Shown piece by piece: positions 9,716 to 19,073 of a stretch of 48,599 bases of DNA. How positions within the stretch are numbered: position 1 is the first letter of the stretch; the number at the start of each line of letters is the position of its first letter. The notes beneath the pieces were generated by a model. The model was not told the origin of the DNA. It saw only the letters and a list, made by a program, of their open reading frames with translations, and did not search any database. The stretch is from assembly GCA_013043565.1 (NCBI GenBank), contig JABDNZ010000169.1, positions 1 through 48,599 of the forward strand. Direction: 5' to 3'. The stretch is from Gemmatimonadota bacterium (GTDB lineage Bacteria > Gemmatimonadota > Gemmatimonadetes > Longimicrobiales > Gaopeijiaceae). Made by a program: the position numbers and the translations under genes.

Positions 9716-10749
9716 CCGAAGATCTCCTTGTCCTTCTGGACGACCCTCCCATCCACCTCGATCGTCGGTTCCCACATCAATAGGTCATAGTGGGTGGGCG
9801 CCACGATCTCGCCCCCGAGGGTATGGCTGGTGCCGATCCCGATGTGGATGGTACCAAGGACACCCTCGTCCTCCAGCATCTCCCCGGTGAGTCGAGCATT
9901 GGGGTTCAAGCCCACTCCAAGCTCCGCCACGTTGAAGCAGTTGTGGTCCCCGAAGGACGACAGGTAGACCCTTATACGATCCGCCTCCGGGCCACCCTCC
10001 ATTCTTGTGATGAACCCGTTCTCAATCGTGCAGACCACCGGATCCCGGAGGATCCCGATGCCCAAATAGGGCACCGAGGCATCGGCGATCAACAGGCCAT
10101 TCGCACTACCAGTTACGGGAACCACGTTCACTTCGATGTCAGGGACCGGGGCCAACTGACCAGGCTCCGGAACGTTCGTGAGAACGTTGGCGGTTCTCCC
10201 TTCGATGGAAAACGAGAGATCCGTCCCCTTGGGGGAAGTGAGGCGAACCTGGCTCCCGCCCGTGAACGCATCCCCGACCTTGTGGCAGACCGGTGCCTGG
10301 GCGTGGAAGTCGGTCTCCAGAAGGGCCGGGCTGGTGAGGATCTCGTCGGTATAGGCCGTCATGAGAATCGCTCGGGCTCCGGATTCGAGGGCTGCTCTCA
10401 TGGCGCGGGTATGGGTGATGGAGACGCTCACCGGGGAAAAAACCACGCTGGCCTGGGCCATGGCCTTGGCCACGGGTTCAGGCGGTTCTTCCCCGTCCTG
10501 TCTCCTGACCGGGATGACACAGGTGGTCACGACGCCGCCGCACGACCGGGCTGCCTCTTCCACCAGAGCAGCATAGTGCTCCATCTCGGGGTCGGTGACG
10601 ATAACCACCGCTTCTCCTTCCTGGATCCGGCCGTTCACTTCGGCGAGGCGCCGGGCTCCCTGGTGGAGGTCCAATGCGTCAGCAGCTTTTCCATGGGGAT
10701 CATCTCTCTCACCCATGCCTGTTCCCCTCTCCCCCGAGGTCTCACTCAT
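9712..10749 (-). CDS. COG2309 (aminopeptidase T / NicX-like) metalloenzyme, paralog 1
   Basis: Block MLEDEGVLGTIHIGIGTSHTLGGEIVAPTHYD plus the N-terminal GEAVVIVTDPE. ATG 10749 overlaps the transporter stop by 8 nt (alternative ATG at 10716). The track ORF extension to 10992 lies inside the transporter gene. Confidence 0.7.
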   Translation of the reverse strand: MSETSGERGTGMGERDDPHGKAADALDLHQGARRLAEVNGRIQEGEAVVIVTDPEMEHYAALVEEAARSCGGVVTTCVIPVRRQDGEEPPEPVAKAMAQASVVFSPVSVSITHTRAMRAALESGARAILMTAYTDEILTSPALLETDFHAQAPVCHKVGDAFTGGSQVRLTSPKGTDLSFSIEGRTANVLTNVPEPGQLAPVPDIEVNVVPVTGSANGLLIADASVPYLGIGILRDPVVCTIENGFITRMEGGPEADRIRVYLSSFGDHNCFNVAELGVGLNPNARLTGEMLEDEGVLGTIHIGIGTSHTLGGEIVAPTHYDLLMWEPTIEVDGRVVQKDKEIFG

Positions 10750-11941
10750 TTGATCTCCCGAAGAACTCATCAAAACGATTATCGAAGATGATGGCGGTGA
10801 AACCATCGTCGGTACAATTGGTGGCGGTCCGAAGCATGTCCGGGATGCCGCCGGAGAGGGCGATCCAGCTGGCGATAAAATCTCCCTGAGCCTGCCCTTC
10901 GAGGCCCAACACATTGGCGAACAGAGTCGCACTCCAGAGCGCCGTACCCATGCCCGCCGGAAGCCCCGGCGCCGCGATGGTGAAGAGCACAATGGCTGGC
11001 CAGGCGGCCAGCATGGTCACCCAGCTCAGATCGAAGCCGAAGACATAGCTGATGACAAAGGGACCGTATGCCATATAGGCCAAAGCGCTGGCATCCAGAT
11101 TCGCAACTGATCCGAACGGAATCACAAAATCCGCGACCTCGTCACGAACCCCGACCTTTTTTGCGTTGGCGAGGTTCACCGGGAGAGTGGCCAGGGACGA
11201 GCATGTACCAGCAGCGAACACCGCCGTGGGCACGTAGTAGTCCCTGATCACCGGACCCACCTCCCGACCCCCGACCCATCGGACCAGCACATAGGTGTAA
11301 AACACCCACCAGACCAAGCAGAGAATGGCGGTATATCCCACCATCGAGAGGTAGTGGGACACCCCCATCCGGGCGCCGAACCGGACGCCAAGGGTGATCC
11401 CAAAAGCCAGGATCAGAGGAAGGAGGACATACCCCAACCTGGCTCCAGCCCCTTCGATCCACTTGGATATGCGCGTCAGGAACCCATAGGTCGGATCGTG
11501 CCGGGCGCCAAAAACCCCCAAGAGGACTCCGGCGAGAATGGCCAGAAGGGGTAGGGAGGCGCCTCCGGAACCGAAGGTCCGGAGCATGGCCAGGGCTTCC
11601 GCCAATGCCCCATCTTCTCCGGTCGAAAAAGGGATACGGAAAAGGAAAGATGAAGCGATCAGCGCCAGCAACCCCGCCAGGGCCGAAGTCCCCACATACC
11701 ATACCACCACAGAGCCGGCAAAACGCCCCGCCAGACCTCGGCGAACGAGGGTGGCGATGGCCGGACTCAGGGCTGCAAGAATGAGAAGTGGGACTACCGC
11801 TACGACGCCTCGGATCAACAGCGAGGTCCCGGCCGCTACGGGTTCAAACGGCCCCGGGAAAAAGCCACCCAGGGTAAGGCCGAAGGCCAGAGCCAGGAAG
11901 GTCCAGACGTATGAAGGGATCCGTCCGGGCCGTTCTGGCAT
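10742..11941 (-). CDS. dicarboxylate/amino acid:cation symporter (DAACS, GltP/SLC1-like) family transporter
   Basis: 399-aa polytopic membrane ORF. The C-terminal DMLRTATNCTDDGFTA resembles the conserved D..RT..N..GD motif of the family. It lies first in a three-gene minus-strand operon. Confidence 0.7.
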   Translation of the reverse strand: MPERPGRIPSYVWTFLALAFGLTLGGFFPGPFEPVAAGTSLLIRGVVAVVPLLILAALSPAIATLVRRGLAGRFAGSVVVWYVGTSALAGLLALIASSFLFRIPFSTGEDGALAEALAMLRTFGSGGASLPLLAILAGVLLGVFGARHDPTYGFLTRISKWIEGAGARLGYVLLPLILAFGITLGVRFGARMGVSHYLSMVGYTAILCLVWWVFYTYVLVRWVGGREVGPVIRDYYVPTAVFAAGTCSSLATLPVNLANAKKVGVRDEVADFVIPFGSVANLDASALAYMAYGPFVISYVFGFDLSWVTMLAAWPAIVLFTIAAPGLPAGMGTALWSATLFANVLGLEGQAQGDFIASWIALSGGIPDMLRTATNCTDDGFTAIIFDNRFDEFFGRSNE

Positions 11942-11965
11942 GTCAGTAGGTGGCTCGCCGGGGGG

Positions 11966-12403
11966 TCACGTCTCGCAGTACTCCTTGACGGCATCCATGT
12001 CCGCAGACAGGGCCTTGGTCATGAACCCCTTCATCATAAGGGGGACCAGGAACTTCTGAAGGAATTTATAGGGTTTGGCGTCCATCGTAAGTTTTAGGAT
12101 CGTCCCGCCCCCTTCCCGTTCCACAGAGAAAACCGAGTCCCAGATCGTGCCCCCAGCATCCGACACGAGGCGGACCCGCTCATTCTCCACATACTCCGTG
12201 ACCTCCAGGACCGTGGAAGCCTTCCGCCCGCCCATCATTCTGGTCTCACGAAACCTTGCTCCGACTCCGCTCCTGGTCTCCGAGAGAAACTCAACCTCCA
12301 CGATGTGAGGAACGGCCTTCGAGAACCCCTCGATGTTCGAGACGGTTTGAAAGACCTTCTGGACGGGGGCCTCGATGTGGCGGGTGACGGTGACCTGGGA
12401 CAT
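11966..12403 (-). CDS. SRPBCC (START/polyketide-cyclase-like fold) family protein
   Basis: 145-aa protein MSQVTVTRHIEAPVQKVFQTVSNIEGFSKAVPHIVEVEF.., the typical SRPBCC opening. The start is chosen at the internal ATG 12403. Confidence 0.65.
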   Translation of the reverse strand: MSQVTVTRHIEAPVQKVFQTVSNIEGFSKAVPHIVEVEFLSETRSGVGARFRETRMMGGRKASTVLEVTEYVENERVRLVSDAGGTIWDSVFSVEREGGGTILKLTMDAKPYKFLQKFLVPLMMKGFMTKALSADMDAVKEYCET

Positions 12404-12493
12404 ACATCCTCCGATTCGCAGCGGGGGGCCTTCGAATTCCACACTCTCTAAGCCCCACTTTGGCTCGAGAGTTTCTTTCCGGCCCTCGGTACT

Positions 12494-13417
12494 TCAGGAG
12501 ATGCTAACCAGTGTGCACCCTGAAACCCTCCATCCTTCGGGCGTTTTCTCGGCTTCACATCGGTAACCGGCCGAACTCAGGCCATCCTCATAATAACCAG
12601 CGTCCAGGTGCACCGTGTCCGCGCCACCGGGAAAAACGATATCCGCCCACAACACGATGGCAGGCTGTTCGGTCTCGAGTAACACCAACCGCGGCGTGCT
12701 GCTTTCCCCATCCGAGTGGAGAATGTCCACCGCACAGTGACTTGCTGGATGGATAGGCAGATCCATGGACCGGAACCGGTCGAAGATTCCGGGCGGGGGA
12801 TCAACCAGAGGAAGGTCCGGCCCGATCCCGATGCAGAGGGCTCGATTTGGTCCCACAGAGGCGTGGGCATGGTTGTTCTCGGCCAGGTACTCCAACACCG
12901 CGACTTGGATCTCGGTGGCTTCTCTCCCCACGTAGACGGAATCGAGGGAAGCCACCCATGAGACGGGCCTGAACCGATCGTCCTGGACCGGGGGCGCCTC
13001 AACCCGGAACGCCAGGGAGGTTGTGACCCAACTGCCGACGTCCTCTCCCCCGGCCGAAGCGGGACGGTACCGAGCGTCCCCGATGGCTCTCAGGGCCGCC
13101 TCATCGAATCGTGGATCTCCCGAGGACTTGTAGAGGCATGCGTGGGTGACTCCACCCTCTGCCTCCACGTACGCCTGGAAGTGGGTGACACGATGCCAAT
13201 GCCGGGGCTCGAATGCCTCCAGCCTTGCTTCGAGCTCGGCTTCGTTCAAGAAGCGGGGGCCGGCCTCTTCGGGCGAGATCAAGCTGTTCGGGGCCCGCTT
13301 GGGAAGCTCGTCGCAATCGAGGGCCAACTCCTGGGATGATGAGCCGACTCCACCACAACCTTGGCCCACCGCCATGGCGAGGACAACCATCGATAACACC
13401 GTGAGCCTATGCATCAT
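12494..13417 (-). CDS. lipoprotein with TonB-C-terminal-like domain (hypothetical)
   Basis: Signal peptide plus lipobox (LAMAVGQGC). The segment YVEAEGGVTHACLYKSSGDPRFDEAALRAIGDARYRPASAGGEDVGSWVTTSLAFR resembles a TonB_C fold. The remainder is unassigned. Confidence 0.55.
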   Translation of the reverse strand: MMHRLTVLSMVVLAMAVGQGCGGVGSSSQELALDCDELPKRAPNSLISPEEAGPRFLNEAELEARLEAFEPRHWHRVTHFQAYVEAEGGVTHACLYKSSGDPRFDEAALRAIGDARYRPASAGGEDVGSWVTTSLAFRVEAPPVQDDRFRPVSWVASLDSVYVGREATEIQVAVLEYLAENNHAHASVGPNRALCIGIGPDLPLVDPPPGIFDRFRSMDLPIHPASHCAVDILHSDGESSTPRLVLLETEQPAIVLWADIVFPGGADTVHLDAGYYEDGLSSAGYRCEAEKTPEGWRVSGCTLVSIS

Positions 13418-13450
13418 TCGGTCCCCTGGGGGGGAGGCCCCGCGATCCCA

Positions 13451-14749
13451 TCAGGGGTCTCCAGCCGACCCAGCCGGCTTCGCCAGCTCGTAGATATGGA
13501 CGTACTCCACCTCGAAATCGTCGCGAAATAGTCCCAACACGTAATCCTCCCCGATCTCGAAGACCTGGATCGGTGGGAGGCGGATTTCTCCAAGGAGCGA
13601 ACCGTCTGGCCCGAAGACCAGGTACCTGATGGTCGATTCGGTCGAGCCCTCAATCGGGCCCAACCGCACCCAAAGGTTCCGTTGGCTGTCCAGGGTGAGG
13701 TCCGAGAAGGAAGGGCGTTCCAACGGAACGGGCACCTGATCCAGAACGGCCAGGATATCCTCCTCCGTCAGCTTCATCCCCAGGTCCCGCAGGTGTCCGG
13801 CCCGCCACCCCTCGATCTCCCCGCGGGTCAACGCCTCGGGATTCGGATCCCACCGAATTTGAAGACGGCCACCATCCGGATCGATACACTCCACCTGCGG
13901 GACTCCCCTATCCCCCATACAGATCCGAGGGGGCCGCCCTCCGTGGGTGAGCTCCGGCCCTTCCGGAACGGGAGGGGCCAACGTGAAGGGCCCCCAGGGC
14001 GCATCGACGGTGACTTTTGCGGTATCGGCAAAAAACTTGAGGGTGTCGACCGAGGACAGGTCTCCCGAAACCCTCAGGGCACCGCTTCCAAGCCGGGTGC
14101 CCTCAGTGGGAGACCTGGTGATTTTTACTCCCGCCCCCTTCCCATCCTTCCCTCCCACCCCTTCCTTCTCCGCCAGCTGAATCAGGAACTCACCGCCGGC
14201 CAGGAGTTCCACCCCTGCTGGGAAAAGCGGCAGATCCACCCACTCGGTCATTTGGCCGAGATCCACGGTCTTCATGTCAGAAACCTCGCCGGACCGATCA
14301 AACCGGGTCGTCCGGTAGAGCTGGCCATCCCATACGACGACCTCATCCTCTTCCGCCACGAGGACCGAGATCGGATCTCTGAACTCTCCTGGCCCCGAAC
14401 CGGGACCGCCGACGGTCAGACGGAATCCTCCGGACTCGTCGAACAGGCGCACGGTCCGGGCGCCCCGGTCCACCACGGCTATAAAACCGTCGGACAACCG
14501 AGCCGCGTCGAAAACGGCCATCAGTTGCTCCTCTTCCGGCCCGCTGAAGGTGCCGATGGTCATCGAAGGTTCTCCGGCCACCGTCCAGGCACCGCCTGCC
14601 TCCCACTGAGCCGAACGGCTATGGACGATCCTCGTACCGGCGCTGTCCCAGGCCTCCGGCCGGGGAGCCGCATCGGGAGCCGAACTGCACCCGAGTACTC
14701 CAGCGACGGCGAGGCCCAAAAGAGAACGCATACTTATCGAATTGATCAT
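13451..14749 (-). CDS. 6-bladed beta-propeller (NHL-like) lipoprotein
   Basis: Start at ATG 14749 gives MINSISMRSLLGLAVAGVLGCSS (lipobox). Contains the GPGSGPGEFRDP motif typical of this family. Paralogous to 34041-35177. Confidence 0.7.
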   Translation of the reverse strand: MINSISMRSLLGLAVAGVLGCSSAPDAAPRPEAWDSAGTRIVHSRSAQWEAGGAWTVAGEPSMTIGTFSGPEEEQLMAVFDAARLSDGFIAVVDRGARTVRLFDESGGFRLTVGGPGSGPGEFRDPISVLVAEEDEVVVWDGQLYRTTRFDRSGEVSDMKTVDLGQMTEWVDLPLFPAGVELLAGGEFLIQLAEKEGVGGKDGKGAGVKITRSPTEGTRLGSGALRVSGDLSSVDTLKFFADTAKVTVDAPWGPFTLAPPVPEGPELTHGGRPPRICMGDRGVPQVECIDPDGGRLQIRWDPNPEALTRGEIEGWRAGHLRDLGMKLTEEDILAVLDQVPVPLERPSFSDLTLDSQRNLWVRLGPIEGSTESTIRYLVFGPDGSLLGEIRLPPIQVFEIGEDYVLGLFRDDFEVEYVHIYELAKPAGSAGDP

Positions 14750-14973
14750 CTTCCCTGTCGGCGTATCGTGTACCGGTTCAAAACAGACTCCCGCAGTCAG
14801 GCAATCCATTCTTCTGGATAAAAGATGGGGGGCGGGCCCTCAACGCGCACGGAAAAAGCCCCGGCCCTGGCTCCATCTACCGAGATCCGTAGATTCGAGG
14901 GAGGAGTGAGGTCCTTTTGGCCACGACCGGCCCCGACCCCAGACCCTCGCTGTTCCACACGAGGAATTCGACG

Positions 14974-17283
14974 ATGCGCCCTGCTCGGCATCTGGTACCA
15001 AGAAAAGACTATTCGATCACCTTCTTCCTGTTTCTTCTGTTCACAGGCACGGTTTCGGGCCAGACAACGGGAGCCCTGACCGGAAGGGTCATCGCAGCCG
15101 ACGGGACGCCAGCCGCCGATGCCGAGGTCCGTATTCAGGATCTGGCCAGACGGGTTTCGGTGGGGGAGAGTGGCCAGTTCGCCTTCCTCAACCTCCCGGC
15201 GGGCAGCTTCCTCGTGGAAGCCACCAGCCCGAGATACGGACGGGCAGTGGACCGGGTAAACATCCAGACGGGAGCAACCACCACCATCACGCTCGAGATG
15301 GATCCCCTCTACCAGCTGGATGAGCTGGTGATAAGCGCCGGGCCCCTTTCCGCCCGCAGATCCGAGACCTATCAGCCGAGCTCGGCTTTGACGGGGCTGG
15401 ATCTCGCCAAAACCGCAAAGAGCAGTCTGGGCGAAACCCTGGCCGGAGAACCGGGGGTTTCGTCGACATACAACGGGCCGGGGGCGAGCAGGCCAATCAT
15501 CCGAGGGTTGGGCGGCGACCGGGTCCGCATCCTCGAGGGAGGTATAGGCTCGGGGGACGTGTCCAGCCAAGGGCCGGACCATGCGGTGGGGCTGGAGCCC
15601 CTGGCCGCGGAGCGCATCGAGATTGTAAGGAGCCCTGCCACCCTTCTTTATGGCAGCTCCGCGGTAGGCGGGGTGGTCAACGTCATCGACAAGCGCATCC
15701 CCCGAGAACACCCGGGGGCGCCCATTACCGGATCCCTCACCGCCTTGGGCGGGACCGTTTCCGAGGAACGGACCGGGGCCCTGGAGTTGAACGGAGCCTT
15801 TAACAGCCGGTGGGCTTGGCATGTAAGCGGGCTTCGACGGGCCACCGACGACTACGCCATTCCGGGATTTGCCGAGCATCAGCATGAAGGGGAAGAGCAC
15901 TCCGAGGAGGAGGAAGAGATCGAGGGAATCCTCGAGAACTCCGCCGTGGAAACCACCCGAGCAGCATTCGGCCTCTCGTGGATCGGCTCTTCGGGTTATC
16001 TCGGAGCCTCCGTGTCCGGATTGAACTCCGACTACGGAGTCCCGGGCCATGGGCATGGGGAGGGACACGGGGAAGAGGACCCGGGGATGGAAGAGGAAGG
16101 ACACGGCGATGAAGACGTGACGATCGGCCTCGAACAACGTCGCCTGGACATTGAAGGGTCATGGCGGTTCGGCGAAGGGACGGTCCGAGGGCTCGAAGGC
16201 CGCTTCGGCTTCGCCGACTACTTGCATACCGAGTTCGAGGGAGAAGAGGTCGGAACCAAGTTCACCAACCAACAGTGGGAAGGCCGACTCGAGCTTCAGC
16301 ATGCACATACCGAAATGTCCTCAGGGACTTTGGGAGTCCAGATCGGTAGCCGGGACTTCAAAGCTTTGGGTGAAGAAGCGTTCGTCCCCCCGTCCAATAG
16401 CTTGAGTTTCGCCGGTTTTATTTATGAAGAGTTCGAAAGAGAAAGAGTCAGGTATCAGGTAGGGGCCCGTGCCGAGGGCCAACTGATGGAGCAGACCGAG
16501 GCCGGTTTCGACGAAAACCATTTCGGCCTCTCCGTCTCAGCCGGGCTGAGTTGGACGATATCCGAGGCCGCCGGCCTCTCCTTCACTGCCGCCCGATCCG
16601 TGAAGCTACCCAGCCTTGAAGAACTCTTCTCGAACGGCCCCCACGCCGCCACCCTGGCGTACGAGATCGGCGATCCGAACCTCGATCCCGAAGAAGCCTA
16701 TTCTCTCGACGCTACGCTCCGCCTCAGCCAGGGCACCTTCCGGGGAGAATTCACAGGATTTCTCACGTTCTTCGACGGCTTCATCTTCCAAGACTTCACC
16801 GGGGACGAAGAGGACGGCCTTCCGGTCACGGTATTCGACCAGAGTGACGCTACCCACGCCGGTTTCGAGGCGGCACTGGAATTCGACCTGATACACCGAG
16901 GGAACCACCACCTGCTGGTGGAGGGGTGGACGGATTACGTTCGAGCCAAGCTCCCCGACCTCGACCGGAACCTTCCGAGGATCCCGCCCCTGAGAGTGGG
17001 CACGGGACTGCGCTATGACGGGGGCACGCTTCGTGGAGATGTTGGCATCACCCTTGTCACGGACCAGGCCCGGATTGCCCCCCTCGAAGAGGAAACCGAG
17101 GGGCATACCATGTTGGACGCTTCCGTCGGCTATCGCCTGTTCACGGGGGAGGTGGTCCACGACTTCGTGCTGCAGGCCACGAACCTCGCCGACCAGGAGG
17201 CTCGCCTCCACACTTCCTACGTCAAGGAGTTGGCGCCGCTGCCCGGGAGGGAGATCAAGCTGATCTACCGAGTGTACTTCTGA
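14974..17283 (+). CDS. TonB-dependent receptor with CarboxypepD_reg domain and His/Glu-rich loops (ZnuD-like, metal uptake suspected)
   Basis: Signal peptide, then the CarboxypepD_reg segment LTGRVIAADGTPAADAEVRIQD, plug motifs (GVSSTYNGPGASRPIIRGLGGDRVRILEGG) and a C-terminal barrel ending YRVYF. His/acidic inserts are AEHQHEGEEHSEEEEE and GHGHGEGHGEEDPGMEEEGHGDED (nt 15871-16120). Start chosen at ATG 14974. Confidence 0.85.
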   Translation: MRPARHLVPRKDYSITFFLFLLFTGTVSGQTTGALTGRVIAADGTPAADAEVRIQDLARRVSVGESGQFAFLNLPAGSFLVEATSPRYGRAVDRVNIQTGATTTITLEMDPLYQLDELVISAGPLSARRSETYQPSSALTGLDLAKTAKSSLGETLAGEPGVSSTYNGPGASRPIIRGLGGDRVRILEGGIGSGDVSSQGPDHAVGLEPLAAERIEIVRSPATLLYGSSAVGGVVNVIDKRIPREHPGAPITGSLTALGGTVSEERTGALELNGAFNSRWAWHVSGLRRATDDYAIPGFAEHQHEGEEHSEEEEEIEGILENSAVETTRAAFGLSWIGSSGYLGASVSGLNSDYGVPGHGHGEGHGEEDPGMEEEGHGDEDVTIGLEQRRLDIEGSWRFGEGTVRGLEGRFGFADYLHTEFEGEEVGTKFTNQQWEGRLELQHAHTEMSSGTLGVQIGSRDFKALGEEAFVPPSNSLSFAGFIYEEFERERVRYQVGARAEGQLMEQTEAGFDENHFGLSVSAGLSWTISEAAGLSFTAARSVKLPSLEELFSNGPHAATLAYEIGDPNLDPEEAYSLDATLRLSQGTFRGEFTGFLTFFDGFIFQDFTGDEEDGLPVTVFDQSDATHAGFEAALEFDLIHRGNHHLLVEGWTDYVRAKLPDLDRNLPRIPPLRVGTGLRYDGGTLRGDVGITLVTDQARIAPLEEETEGHTMLDASVGYRLFTGEVVHDFVLQATNLADQEARLHTSYVKELAPLPGREIKLIYRVYF

Positions 17284-17296
17284 GCGTGTTGCGGCT

Positions 17297-17743
17297 TCAG
17301 CTCCCTACGAGCCGGACGAGGGAGTAACCCACCGCCAGCAAGCCCCAGTACACGAAGAAGCCCCAGTAATACGTGAAATACCGCGCAGGGCCCCTGGACG
17401 GGTATACGTACTCCCGCTCCATAAACCACAACGCGACATTGATGTAGAGGGAGATGGCCCCTGCCGCGGCCCACAGCAGATACCCCCACGGCTCCCCAAG
17501 GATGACACCCAAGCTCCCCACCACCAGGAGTGGCACGAACACGATCCAATCAGCCCAGGCCAACCCATAAGCCGAACGGAAGTGGGTCCGGTCCCGCCAT
17601 TCCTCTCCTTCCCCGACCAGCCACTCTTTCGCCTTCTGGCCTTGAGGGTCTTTGAGGATGACGAGTTGGGCCAGGAATAGAGGGAGGCAGGTCGTAAAGC
17701 CGAAGACGACCAGCACCCATGTGACCAGGGTTGGTTCTAGCAT
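17297..17743 (-). CDS. 4-TM membrane protein, hypothetical
   Basis: 148 aa from ATG 17743, which is preceded by GGGAGG. Four hydrophobic helices. Distantly similar to the upstream neighbour. Confidence 0.6.
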   Translation of the reverse strand: MLEPTLVTWVLVVFGFTTCLPLFLAQLVILKDPQGQKAKEWLVGEGEEWRDRTHFRSAYGLAWADWIVFVPLLVVGSLGVILGEPWGYLLWAAAGAISLYINVALWFMEREYVYPSRGPARYFTYYWGFFVYWGLLAVGYSLVRLVGS

Positions 17744-17756
17744 CTCGAACCTCCCA

Positions 17757-18200
17757 TCATTCGAACTCACTCCTGTTTTTGGCCAGGTACCAGCTGCCCC
17801 AGATGGCAACCGCCATCATGACAGCGGGAAGAATGACGGCCTCGGGTTGGGTCGGTTGATGGACCACTCCGGCCCGGGAATAGAAGTACTGGCTACACCA
17901 GAATACCGTGGGCCAGTAGATCGTCATGCCGAAAACCAACCAGGACGTGACAAGGCCGTAGAACCGCCCCCGGATCAACCCCAGGAGGGCGGCGGCATGC
18001 AGGGGTAACATCACGAAAGTGTCGGCCAGCCCGATGCCGCGGTTGACCTCCACGATCACCGGATCCAAAAGATCCCTGGGGCCTTGGAGGCCCCAAGCGG
18101 CCACAGTGTCGTAATCCAGGACAGCACCTGTCTGCCCGATGAGCCAAAGGGAGAAGCTGACCATATGGAACCCGATGATGACCTTCATACCGACGGACAT
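17757..18200 (-). CDS. 4-TM membrane protein, hypothetical (distant paralog of 17297-17743)
   Basis: 147 aa. The block IGLADTFVMLPLHAAALLGLIRGRFYGLVTSWLVFGMTIYWPTVFW aligns by eye with YGLAWADWIVFVPLLVVGSLGVILGEPWGYLLWAAAGAISLYINVALW of the neighbour. Confidence 0.6.
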   Translation of the reverse strand: MSVGMKVIIGFHMVSFSLWLIGQTGAVLDYDTVAAWGLQGPRDLLDPVIVEVNRGIGLADTFVMLPLHAAALLGLIRGRFYGLVTSWLVFGMTIYWPTVFWCSQYFYSRAGVVHQPTQPEAVILPAVMMAVAIWGSWYLAKNRSEFE

Positions 18201-18251
18201 TCGTTTGACCTCCTCCGAAGGAGCCCGAGTGCTCTCGGTAAAGGACCCGGG

Positions 18252-19007
18252 TCAGTTCAGCCGCACCTCATAAAGAACCGGCCACAACTTTCCGGTTAGG
18301 AAGAAGACATCCCGTCCAGGGTCGAAGGCGATTCCATTCATGACCGCCTCCGGGTTCGGTGCTCTACGAGCGCCCATGGAGAGCCGAAAACCGTCCAACT
18401 CTCCGACTACATGACCGGTCGCTTTATCGATTCGTACCACACGGTCGGTCTGGAAGACGTTGGCATAGATGTAGGCACCGACACACTCCAGCTCATTCAG
18501 CGCTGAAACCGAGAACCCGTTCTTGGTCACGGAAACCTCGTCCAATACCTCGAAAGTGTCCCGACTCCGACGGAGAAGGCGGTTCGATCCGTTCGACATG
18601 AAGAAGGACTCCCCGTCGTAGCATAAGCCCCAACCCTCCCCTTCGTACTCGACCGTCCGGAGCAGAGAAAGAGAGGTCACGTCATAGACGAAAGCCAGTC
18701 CGGATTTCCAGGTCAGTTGATAGAGTTCCGATCCAGCCAGAGCCAAGCCCTCCCCGAAGAGCTCAAAATCCAGGTCGACACTCTGAAGCACCTCACCCGA
18801 CTCCAAATCGACCTTCCGCACCCCGGAGCTCCCGTATTGCCCCGTACTCTCATAGAGGAAGCCATTGTAGAAGAGAAGCCCCTGGGTATACGCCTCCTCG
18901 TCGTGAGGAAGTGACCGGCCCACCTCGTACTCGAGGCTTACCACACTCTGGTCGCAAGAGGTGGTTACGAGAAGAACCATCGCTAGAAGGACACCGGGCT
19001 TTTTCAC
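18252..19007 (-). CDS. glutaminyl-peptide cyclotransferase (bacterial/plant beta-propeller type), lipoprotein
   Basis: The block LPHDEEAYTQGLLFYNGFLYESTGQYGSSGVRKVDLESGEV is characteristic of glutamine cyclotransferase. Lipobox VTTSC. GTG start. Confidence 0.85.
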   Translation of the reverse strand: MKKPGVLLAMVLLVTTSCDQSVVSLEYEVGRSLPHDEEAYTQGLLFYNGFLYESTGQYGSSGVRKVDLESGEVLQSVDLDFELFGEGLALAGSELYQLTWKSGLAFVYDVTSLSLLRTVEYEGEGWGLCYDGESFFMSNGSNRLLRRSRDTFEVLDEVSVTKNGFSVSALNELECVGAYIYANVFQTDRVVRIDKATGHVVGELDGFRLSMGARRAPNPEAVMNGIAFDPGRDVFFLTGKLWPVLYEVRLN

Positions 19008-19073
19008 GGCTCTCTTACGCTCCCATCGTGGACCGTGCGAGCCAAAAGAAAGGGCCCGCCAGGATGCTCTGGG

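Noticed and set aside
14750-14973. Search for a Zur/Fur-type AT-rich palindrome upstream of the His-rich receptor.
   Set aside because: Nothing resembling the AT-rich 7-1-7 or 9-1-9 boxes is visible, and the region is GC-rich throughout.
14797-16137. 446-aa ORF on the minus strand, opposite the TonB-dependent receptor.
   Set aside because: It is a Pro/Arg/Gly-rich translation with no motifs, as expected for stop-poor antisense frames in GC-rich DNA. The plus-strand receptor has full plug and barrel motifs.
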